Below, piece after piece: positions 34,767-43,243 of a stretch of DNA of 64,000 nucleotides; positions within the stretch are counted from its first letter, which is position 1, and the number at the start of each line of letters is the position of its first letter. The stretch is from positions 20,130-84,129 of the forward strand of contig JAUNNI010000003.1 in NCBI GenBank assembly GCA_030531555.1, read 5' to 3'. Source of the stretch: Eubacteriales bacterium. Lineage in GTDB: Bacteria; Bacillota; Clostridia; Lachnospirales; Lachnospiraceae. A program made the position numbers and the translations under genes. Under the pieces are notes generated by a model that was given only the letters and a program-made list of their open reading frames with translations, searched no databases and was not told the DNA's origin.

Positions 34767-36821
34767 TTGAAAAATCGAAGAATAAAAGAAAAACATATGG
34801 TATGTGCTCTGGCTCTATGTCTTGTGACTTTCTTTCTTGTGGCCTGCGCTTCCATGAATTCTTCCAATAAACAAACAGAAGAGACAAAAGAAGTTCTACG
34901 AAAAGAACCGGTCTTTTCCAAGGCAAGTGGCTTTTACAGTAAGGAAGTAACTCTTAGCATGGAGGCGGAAGAAGGAACGAAAATCTATTATACTTTAGAC
35001 AGCACTACTCCAACCGTAAAATCTAGTGAGTATCAAGGGGAAATCCTTTTAAAAGATCCTTCCTCTGAGCCCAATCGTTATGCCTATACGCCAGAATTTT
35101 CCCCATATCGAACAGAGCCTGCTGCAGCAGGAGAGCCTCAGGTGGCTCCCGGCTATTATGCCCGCTATGAATCTTTAAAAAAAGAAGTTGATAAATGTGT
35201 GGTTGTCCGTGCCATAGCTGTGGACGCAGATGGCAATACCAGCCCGGTAAAAACGGCTACTTATTTTATAGATTATGAGAAAAAAAGTGGTTATACGGGC
35301 ATTTCTGTACTTTCTGTTGTGACAGATCCCGACGGCTTGTTTGGTGATGAGAATGGAATCATGGTAAATGGCAAAAAGTACAAAGAGGCATTGGCCAGTG
35401 GCAAATTAAATGGAATCACAGATACCCATATCTTAAGAGAGTACACCAATGCTTTTACCGGTAGAGGAAGAGATTGGGAACGAGAGGTTCATGTGGATTA
35501 TTTTGCAGAAGGCGGGCAGGATCTTACATTTTCTCAGGAGGCAGGGATTCGCCTCCATGGAAATCAGTCCCGTGTTGCGGAAGAACAAAAATCCTTTAAT
35601 CTTTATGCCAGAAAAGAATACGATGGCAATAAAACATTTTTAAGTCCTTTTTATGGGGATGGCATCCTCTCTGATCGAATTACCCTCATGAAGGGGGATG
35701 ATATTCTAAACTATTATCTTTCTGATGCGATAGATGATCCCGATGCCCATTCTCAGAAATATACCATGACCCAGCTTTTTATTGATGGGGAATACTGGGG
35801 ACTTTATGCCATTCAGGAACGTTATAACAGCAAGGAATATATGAAAACCCGTTATGGATTAGCGAAAGGGGAGTACAGTTTATTTTCCGGGCAACACTAT
35901 GGATTCGACTATAAAAAAGGAGATAAAAATGCGACAAAAACATCCTTACATCTTCTTAGAGATTATATTCAAACCCATGATTTGTCTGACGAAAAGGAAT
36001 ACAAGAAGCTTTCTTCCATGATGGATGTGGATAGCTTTATCCGTCATTATGCTCTCCATCTCTATATCAATGACCAGGATTGGAGCTGGCATAAGAATCT
36101 GTATATTATGCTTCACCATAATAAATGGTATTGGCTGCCTTATGATCTTGATTATGGCGCAGGCAGCCATGATAATTCCAAAGCTTATATTAACAGCTTT
36201 ACTTGCAACCGCCTTACGGGAATAGATTCTTTGAGAACAGATCCCTTTTTCCCATATTTGATAAAAAATAAGGACTTCTGTAACCAGTTTATCCAGACTT
36301 TCCTGGACTTCTCTAACGAAATCTTCCGAAAAGATCTGGTGGAAAAGGATAAAAAAGCCTTTCTTTCCAGTTACAAGGATGCTATTGCCAAAAGTGTGGC
36401 ACGCTATCCTGGTCAGGAGAGAGAAGGAATCATGCAGGGATGCAGCTGTTATGAGGCATGCTGGAACAATACCGTGTCCTTTTTTGCACAGCGTCCGGAT
36501 TATGCGATTTCTCAGCTGAAAGATTATTTTGGAATCGCTCAGCCACTTGTCAAGGTGATTGTGAAGGTAAATGATTGTCAAGGTGGCAGTATTCATTTTA
36601 ACAGCATCTGTCCAAATCTTGGGGAGAAGGGCAGCTGGAGTGGCTCTTACTTTGCAAATATTCCAGTGAAACTTACTGCCAAGCCAAAAGATGGATGGAA
36701 ATTTGTCGGGTGGCAATGCGAAGGTGGAAAAGTGCTGGATGATAGCAATCCTTCCACAAGTCTTACTTTTGAAAGTAATGTTACGGTGACCGCAATTTTT
36801 GAGAATATGTCCCAAAATTAA
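34767..36821 (+). CDS. CotH-family kinase, predicted lipoprotein, with chitobiase/FN3-like and B-repeat-like accessory domains
   Basis: Lipobox LVAC; PVFSKASGFY and IYYTLDSTTP; kinase motifs GIRLHGNQSR, KSFNL, YWGLYAIQER, NDQDWSWHKN, PYDLDY; C-terminal LTAKPKDGWKFVGW. Confidence 0.85.
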   Translation: MKNRRIKEKHMVCALALCLVTFFLVACASMNSSNKQTEETKEVLRKEPVFSKASGFYSKEVTLSMEAEEGTKIYYTLDSTTPTVKSSEYQGEILLKDPSSEPNRYAYTPEFSPYRTEPAAAGEPQVAPGYYARYESLKKEVDKCVVVRAIAVDADGNTSPVKTATYFIDYEKKSGYTGISVLSVVTDPDGLFGDENGIMVNGKKYKEALASGKLNGITDTHILREYTNAFTGRGRDWEREVHVDYFAEGGQDLTFSQEAGIRLHGNQSRVAEEQKSFNLYARKEYDGNKTFLSPFYGDGILSDRITLMKGDDILNYYLSDAIDDPDAHSQKYTMTQLFIDGEYWGLYAIQERYNSKEYMKTRYGLAKGEYSLFSGQHYGFDYKKGDKNATKTSLHLLRDYIQTHDLSDEKEYKKLSSMMDVDSFIRHYALHLYINDQDWSWHKNLYIMLHHNKWYWLPYDLDYGAGSHDNSKAYINSFTCNRLTGIDSLRTDPFFPYLIKNKDFCNQFIQTFLDFSNEIFRKDLVEKDKKAFLSSYKDAIAKSVARYPGQEREGIMQGCSCYEACWNNTVSFFAQRPDYAISQLKDYFGIAQPLVKVIVKVNDCQGGSIHFNSICPNLGEKGSWSGSYFANIPVKLTAKPKDGWKFVGWQCEGGKVLDDSNPSTSLTFESNVTVTAIFENMSQN

Positions 36822-36833
36822 TAATTGGAATGG

Positions 36834-36878
36834 TTGACGTGTGACACCCTGTCATATATAATGTGTGACAGGGTGTCA
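36834..36878 (+). promoter_or_regulatory. sigma-A promoter overlapped by a double palindromic operator (probably TetR)
   Basis: TTGACG (36834-39)-N17-TATAAT (36857-62). TGACACCCTGTCA (36842-54) and TGACAGGGTGTCA (36866-78) are exact inverted copies. Confidence 0.85.
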
Positions 36879-36951
36879 TTTTGTGCTTTTTACCTTGGCA
36901 CATTGTATGACACAAGGAGTATATAGAAGAAAGGCAAAGAGGAAGAAAAAG

Positions 36952-39900
36952 ATGACCAAATTATTTGTTAAAAAACCCTTCCTGACATTGGTAACCATTG
37001 TGGTTGTTATCACCATCGGTATCGTCAGCCTCACAAAGATGCAGACTAACCTGATGCCGGATATGGAGCTTCCATATATGATCGTTATCGTCACAGATCC
37101 CGGTGCATCACCGGAAGAAGTGGAGGAGGAAGTCATTAAGCCGTCGGAGAGTGCTCTGGGTACCATCAGTGGTGTGGAGAATCTCCGAAGTACCGCATCG
37201 AATAACTACGGTTATATCATGCTGGAATTTGCGGAAGACACTGATATGAATTCTGCTCTGGTCCGTGTGTCTCAGGCAGTCAATACCATTTCCTATCCGG
37301 AAGGTTGTGGTACACCAAATATCATGGAGATTGGTGTTGATATGATGGCTACCATGTATGCCAATGTCAACTATGAAGGCAAAGATATCAAGGATCTTAC
37401 CAAATTTTCTGAGAAGATTGTTCAGCCTTATCTGGAGAGACAGGATGGCGTGGCCAGTGTTTCTGCAACGGGTGGTATCGTGAATACGGTGGAAATCCGA
37501 CTCAATCAGGAAAAAGTGGATAAGATCAATAAGAAATTATCAGACTATGTGGAAAATAAGCTGGATGATGCTCAGAGTGAGATCGATGAAGGTCTTGATA
37601 AGATTGAATCTGGCGAGAGCACTTTGAAATCTCAGCAGAAAAAGCTGGAAAAAACCCAGAAAACTACCAATGAAAAATTGGGAAATGCAAACACACAGCT
37701 TAATAAAGCACAGTCTACAAAAGCAGCTTATGAAGCGAACCTTAACTCTTTAAAGACCAGTGAGGCTGCATTAAATGCAGAGAAAAAGGCCTATGAAGAC
37801 GCCAAGATTGAAGAGAATTATAATCAGCTGGATTCTGCATTTGCAGGCTTCCAGGCAGGACTTGGAGAGATGGCCGCTGCTGCCGGTATCGAGATTCCAA
37901 GTAGTGTAAAAGACTGTATCAGTCATCCGGATAAACTTAATAAGTTTAAAGAATGGATGACTAGCATGGGAATGGGTGAACAGGTAGCACCATTTACAGT
38001 GGAGACCATGAAACAGCTCAGTGATGCCAAAGATCGCCTTCCACAGATTGATACAGAGCTTTCCAATTTAAAGACAGAAATCATGGCAGCACAGACCATG
38101 GTGGACCAGATCAACAAACAGTTAAAAGATTTGGACAAACAGCAGGCAGCTGCCATCGCTGGCGGATATGCGGCAGCCTCTGCATTTGGTGCCGGACAGG
38201 CACAGATGTCCGCAGCACAGTCTCAGCTTGAAAGTGCGAAAACTCAGTTAGAAAGTGCGCAGGATCAGTTAGATGATTCCATCGAAACTGCACTGAAGAA
38301 TGCGAACATCGATAAACTGATCAGCTTAGATACCCTTTCCAGCTTGATCTATGCACAAAACTTTGCCATGCCTGCCGGTTATGTCGATGATAAGAACGAT
38401 AACCAATGGCTGGTAGAGGTCGGCGACAAATACGAAGACGTTGATACATTAAAGAAAATGGTCCTCGCTAAGATTGATGGCGTAGGTACAATCCGTGTTT
38501 CTGATGTGGCAGATGTTGTGGTCATTGATAATGCCGATGAAAGTTTCTCCAAAGTAAATGGAGAGGATGCCCTCATGCTGGCTATTTTCAAATCATCCAC
38601 AGCAAGTACCGGTGAGGTTTCCAAAAATATTCAGGAAGCGTTCACTGAGCTGGAGGATAAATACGAAGGACTTTCCTTTACCATCATGATGAATCAGGGC
38701 GATTATATTGACCGTATCATCGACAGTGTACTTAGCAGTATCCTTCTCGGTGCAGCACTTGCGGTATTGGTTCTTGCTTTATTCCTGCGTGATGTTCGTC
38801 CGACCATTGTTGTTGCATTCAGTATTCCATTTAGTGTACTTTTTGCAATCATCCTTATGTACTTTACAGGAATTACCATTAATGTTATGTCTTTAGGTGG
38901 TCTGTGTCTCGGTATCGGTATGCTGGTAGATAACTCCATCGTAGTCATGGAAAATGTATACCGATTAAGAAACCGTGGATACTCTGCCCCAATGGCAGCT
39001 GTTTATGGAGCAAAACAGGTTGCAGGACCAATCATTGCTTCCACTATCACAACCGTTTGTGTATTCCTTCCAATGGTATATACTTCCGGTATTGTAAGTC
39101 AGCTGATGATTCCGTTTGCGTTCACCATTTCATTTGCTTTGGCAGCATCTCTCTTAGTTGCGCTTACGGTTGTACCATCTCTTGGCTTTGTTATGCTTCG
39201 TAAAACCAAGAATAAAAAATCAAAAATATATGAAAAAATTCAGGATCTCTATGGAAATGTTTTGGCCTTCTGTCTTCGATTCAAGATTGTGCCACTTCTC
39301 ATCTCTATTGTATTGCTTGCTTTCTGTACCATGCGATTAAGCACGACAGGGCTTGCTCTCTTAGATGATATGGAAAGTAACCAGATTACAGGTTCTTTAA
39401 CTATGGATGACGAATGTGACAAAGAAACCGCTTATGCCACAGCGACAGAAGCCATGGAACGCATTCAGAAAGTGGATGGTGTATCCCGTGTCAGCATGAT
39501 GGATGGCAGTGCCGGTCTTGTCAGCAGCATGACAGGTTCCACATCCGCCAACGGATTTAAGCAATTCAGCATTTATGTCATCACGGAAGAAGGAATTAAG
39601 AGCACACAGGAATTCCACAGAATTATCAAAGATGTAGAAAAATCTGTGGATGGATTAGAATATGAAGACTTCTCTGTATCCTCCTCCGCCATGGGTGGCA
39701 TGGGTGGTATGATGAGTCAGGGTATGGAAGTTACGGTTAGTGGTACGGATCAGGATAAGCTTATTTCCATCAGTGAAGACGTCATGGATATGTTGGAAGA
39801 AACTGATGGATTTGAAGATGTGAGCAATGGTATCACAGAACAGAATCGTCAGATTCATATCACATTGAAGAAAAATGAGCTGGCCAAACATAGCCTTACC

Positions 39901-40902
39901 GTAGCGCAGGTATATCAGCAGATTGCCGGAAAGATCACTTCTGATAAAACAGCCATTTCCCTCTCTTATGAAAATGCAGACATGGATGTTGATATCATCA
40001 AAGATAAATCCGAGCTTCTCACCTATGAGAATCTTATGGACATGAAGATTAAGGCAACGGAAACAGATTCCGACGGAAAGAGCGAAGAGAAAGAATACAA
40101 GCTTTCCAAATTTGCAGAATCCGAAAGTGGTTATACCATGGATAATATCACCCGCCGTAATCAGAACCGTTATTTAAGTGTTACTGCAAGTACAAAAGAA
40201 GGTGCGAACACCACACTTCTTTCCCGTGAAGTTCAGAAAAAACTGGACAAATATCAGGTTCCGGAAGGATATAATGTGGAGATTAACGGTGAGACAGAGC
40301 AGGTAATGGATATGATGAAACAGATGCTCCTTGCCATCGCTCTTGGTTTATTGCTCATCTATCTCGTTATGGTAGCACAGTTCCAGAGTCTCCTTTCCCC
40401 ATTCATCATTCTCTTCACCATCCCACTTGCCTTCACAGGTGGTATGATCGGCTTGATGATCTTCGGAAAGACTATCTCCGCTATTTCCATGATGGGCTTC
40501 ATGATCCTCATGGGTACTGTAGTTAATAACGGTATCGTATTCGTTGATTATGCGAACCAGCTTCGTATTAAAGGGGTAGAAAAACGTATCGCATTGATCC
40601 TTACCGGAAAGACTCGTATGAGACCAATCATCATGACAGCTCTGACCACCATCTTATCCATGAGTGTTATGGTATTCTCCAACGATGCCGGTAATGCGAT
40701 GCAGAAAGGAATGGCCATTGTTGTATCCTTTGGTTTGATCTATTCTACCTTTATGACACTTTTCATTGTACCGGTATTATATGATATCTTCTATCGCCGT
40801 AAGCCAATGGTAATTGATGTGGATGATGAAGTAGAAAATATTCCGGATGAAACAGAAGATCTTCTGGAAGAATACGGATATTCCCTCGAACTTGAAGATT
40901 AG
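36952..40902 (+). CDS. RND efflux permease (AcrB/SwrC-like) with a large coiled-coil insertion
   Basis: LMPDMELP, AFSIPFSV, IGMLVDNSIVVMEN, TIPLAFTGG, GTVVNNGIVFVD, RMRPIIMTALTT. Start at ATG 36952. Confidence 0.92.
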   Translation: MTKLFVKKPFLTLVTIVVVITIGIVSLTKMQTNLMPDMELPYMIVIVTDPGASPEEVEEEVIKPSESALGTISGVENLRSTASNNYGYIMLEFAEDTDMNSALVRVSQAVNTISYPEGCGTPNIMEIGVDMMATMYANVNYEGKDIKDLTKFSEKIVQPYLERQDGVASVSATGGIVNTVEIRLNQEKVDKINKKLSDYVENKLDDAQSEIDEGLDKIESGESTLKSQQKKLEKTQKTTNEKLGNANTQLNKAQSTKAAYEANLNSLKTSEAALNAEKKAYEDAKIEENYNQLDSAFAGFQAGLGEMAAAAGIEIPSSVKDCISHPDKLNKFKEWMTSMGMGEQVAPFTVETMKQLSDAKDRLPQIDTELSNLKTEIMAAQTMVDQINKQLKDLDKQQAAAIAGGYAAASAFGAGQAQMSAAQSQLESAKTQLESAQDQLDDSIETALKNANIDKLISLDTLSSLIYAQNFAMPAGYVDDKNDNQWLVEVGDKYEDVDTLKKMVLAKIDGVGTIRVSDVADVVVIDNADESFSKVNGEDALMLAIFKSSTASTGEVSKNIQEAFTELEDKYEGLSFTIMMNQGDYIDRIIDSVLSSILLGAALAVLVLALFLRDVRPTIVVAFSIPFSVLFAIILMYFTGITINVMSLGGLCLGIGMLVDNSIVVMENVYRLRNRGYSAPMAAVYGAKQVAGPIIASTITTVCVFLPMVYTSGIVSQLMIPFAFTISFALAASLLVALTVVPSLGFVMLRKTKNKKSKIYEKIQDLYGNVLAFCLRFKIVPLLISIVLLAFCTMRLSTTGLALLDDMESNQITGSLTMDDECDKETAYATATEAMERIQKVDGVSRVSMMDGSAGLVSSMTGSTSANGFKQFSIYVITEEGIKSTQEFHRIIKDVEKSVDGLEYEDFSVSSSAMGGMGGMMSQGMEVTVSGTDQDKLISISEDVMDMLEETDGFEDVSNGITEQNRQIHITLKKNELAKHSLTVAQVYQQIAGKITSDKTAISLSYENADMDVDIIKDKSELLTYENLMDMKIKATETDSDGKSEEKEYKLSKFAESESGYTMDNITRRNQNRYLSVTASTKEGANTTLLSREVQKKLDKYQVPEGYNVEINGETEQVMDMMKQMLLAIALGLLLIYLVMVAQFQSLLSPFIILFTIPLAFTGGMIGLMIFGKTISAISMMGFMILMGTVVNNGIVFVDYANQLRIKGVEKRIALILTGKTRMRPIIMTALTTILSMSVMVFSNDAGNAMQKGMAIVVSFGLIYSTFMTLFIVPVLYDIFYRRKPMVIDVDDEVENIPDETEDLLEEYGYSLELED

Positions 40903-40967
40903 GAAGACATGAGAATAAGGATAGTATGATGACACTTTTAAGATAAAGTGGAAAATGGAGAGAAAAA

Positions 40968-41597
40968 ATGCCAAAAGATACATTTTATCGTCTGCCTGAC
41001 GAAAAAAGAGAACGTATTCTTAATGCGGCAAAAAATGAATTCTTCCGCGTTCCTTATGGACAGGCTTCCATCAATCAGATCATAAAGAATGCGGATATCC
41101 CAAGAGGAAGCTTTTATCAGTATTTTGAGGACAAGAAAGATATCTTCTTATACGTGCTGTCAGAGCAACATGATACCATTGTCAGTGCTGTTTTTGAAAA
41201 ATTATCCAGAGTAAATGGAGATATCTTTCGTCTGGTCGATTTTTATATCGATAAAATTGCTGCATTATATCAAAAGGAAAACTGTGCAAGATTCCTTGAT
41301 ACCTTTCTCAACAAAGAGACTTGTTGTGTGATCGACGGCATCATACGAGGGGAAGGAATCTATGATTGCATGGAAGAGAAATTAGAAAATAAATTGTTAG
41401 AAGATACCGATTTTTCTTTGTATGATATGGAAAATGATGAGGAAAAACGATATTTCCTTAATATCATCAGTGCAGTTCTTCGGGACAGCATGAGAAAGTT
41501 GGTTCGTATTGAAGTTGAGAGAGACCCTCTTGAAATCTGTGACCAGTTGAAAAAAAGAATGCTTTTTCTGGAAAAGCGATTTCGAAAAATATCATAA
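40968..41597 (+). CDS. TetR/AcrR family regulator
   Basis: MPKDTFYRLPDEKRERIL, ASINQIIKNADIPRGSFYQYFEDKKD. Confidence 0.93.
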   Translation: MPKDTFYRLPDEKRERILNAAKNEFFRVPYGQASINQIIKNADIPRGSFYQYFEDKKDIFLYVLSEQHDTIVSAVFEKLSRVNGDIFRLVDFYIDKIAALYQKENCARFLDTFLNKETCCVIDGIIRGEGIYDCMEEKLENKLLEDTDFSLYDMENDEEKRYFLNIISAVLRDSMRKLVRIEVERDPLEICDQLKKRMLFLEKRFRKIS

Positions 41598-41721
41598 AGG
41601 TGATTGATGTAAGAAAATCGAAACTTTCTTGAAATTATCTTTTTATTTATCTTACTATTTGTTTGTGATACAATGATGGAACAATGACACAAAGTATAAT
41701 GACAGATGAGGAGGAAGGAAT

Positions 41722-42186
41722 ATGGAAGCATTGTATTGGCTCATTGCAGCAGCAGTTTTTATCTTGCTTGAAATCCTTACAATGGGACTTACAACCATTT
41801 GGTTTGCAGGCGGTGCATTGGTTGCAGCGGTAGCGGCCATGCTTTTACTCCCGATCAGTGTACAAGTTATCATTTTCATTGTAGTGTCTCTGATTCTTCT
41901 TATGATCACCAGACCACTGGCATCTCATTTTATCAATAACAAGGCGATTCGTACCAATGCCGAGAGTTTGATTGGTCAGAGCTGCCTTGTCACGGAGGAA
42001 ATCGATAACTTGCGGGCAACCGGTCAGGTTACGATTCGGGGTCAGGCGTGGTCAGCAAGAAGCAAACAGGCTGACAAGGTAATTCCACAGAATGCCATTG
42101 TTAAAGTGGAGCATATTTCTGGGGTGAAGCTGATTGTCAGTGTTGTTTCTTATCCGGAAAAACTAAATACTGAGAAGAATGCATAA
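41722..42186 (+). CDS. short NfeD family protein
   Basis: Three TM helices then an OB fold (ESLIG, GQVTIRGQAWSA); paired with the SPFH gene. Confidence 0.9.
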   Translation: MEALYWLIAAAVFILLEILTMGLTTIWFAGGALVAAVAAMLLLPISVQVIIFIVVSLILLMITRPLASHFINNKAIRTNAESLIGQSCLVTEEIDNLRATGQVTIRGQAWSARSKQADKVIPQNAIVKVEHISGVKLIVSVVSYPEKLNTEKNA

Positions 42187-42210
42187 GGATGAGAAGAATA
42201 GAATGGAGGA

Positions 42211-43167
42211 ATGAACATGCAGATTGTTGGAACAATTTTGGTTATTTTAGTAATTTTGATCGTTCTGTATACCGCGCTTTCCTGTGTGCGAATTGTACCA
42301 CAGGCCCACGCGTATGTTATTGAACGACTTGGTGCTTACAATGGCACATGGTCCGTTGGACTTCATTTCAAGGTACCATTTATTGATCGCGTTGCAAAAA
42401 GAGTTCTTTTGAAAGAGCAGGTGGTTGACTTTGCTCCACAGCCGGTTATCACAAAAGATAACGTAACGATGCGAATTGATACGGTTGTATATTATCAGAT
42501 TACAGATCCTAAGCTTTATGCTTACGGTGTAGATAATCCAATCATGGCCATTGAAAACCTGACAGCGACAACTCTTCGTAACATCATTGGTGATCTTGAA
42601 CTTGATGCCACACTGACATCTCGTGAGACGATCAATACAAAGATGAGAGCAACTTTAGATGTTGCAACTGACCCTTGGGGAATCAAAGTTAACCGTGTAG
42701 AATTAAAGAACATTATTCCACCAACTGAGATTCAAAATGCCATGGAAAAACAGATGAAGGCAGAACGTGAGCGTCGTGAAGCCATTCTTCGTGCAGAAGG
42801 TGAGAAAAAATCTTCCGTACTTCGTGCAGAAGGTCATAAAGAATCCATGATCTTAGAGGCAGAAGCGGAAAAAGAGGCAGCTATCCTTCGTGCAGAAGCA
42901 CAGAAAGAAGCAACCATTCGCGAGGCAGAAGGTCAGGCAGAAGCCATCCTTAAAGTACAGCAGGCAACAGCAGCAGGTTTAAAAGCAATCAAAGATGCTG
43001 GTGCAGATGATGCCGTTATCAAACTGAAATCTTTAGAAGCATTTGCAGCAGCTGCAGATGGACAGGCAACAAAGATCATCATCCCATCTGAAATTCAGAA
43101 TATGGCAGGTGTGATTGGTGCATTAAAAGAAGTTGCAGTGACAGACGATGTTACAAAGAACAAATAA
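42211..43167 (+). CDS. SPFH/stomatin-like (QmcA-type) protein
   Basis: VIERLG, VITKDNV, LRNIIG, WGIKVNRVE, QMKAERERR, repeated AEA/AEG. Confidence 0.93.
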   Translation: MNMQIVGTILVILVILIVLYTALSCVRIVPQAHAYVIERLGAYNGTWSVGLHFKVPFIDRVAKRVLLKEQVVDFAPQPVITKDNVTMRIDTVVYYQITDPKLYAYGVDNPIMAIENLTATTLRNIIGDLELDATLTSRETINTKMRATLDVATDPWGIKVNRVELKNIIPPTEIQNAMEKQMKAERERREAILRAEGEKKSSVLRAEGHKESMILEAEAEKEAAILRAEAQKEATIREAEGQAEAILKVQQATAAGLKAIKDAGADDAVIKLKSLEAFAAAADGQATKIIIPSEIQNMAGVIGALKEVAVTDDVTKNK

Positions 43168-43243
43168 TTAATGGATAAGCTTAGGGGTTGTTACATTCTC
43201 AAGTGGAACAACCCCACTTTTTTATATAAGAGAACAAGAAACC

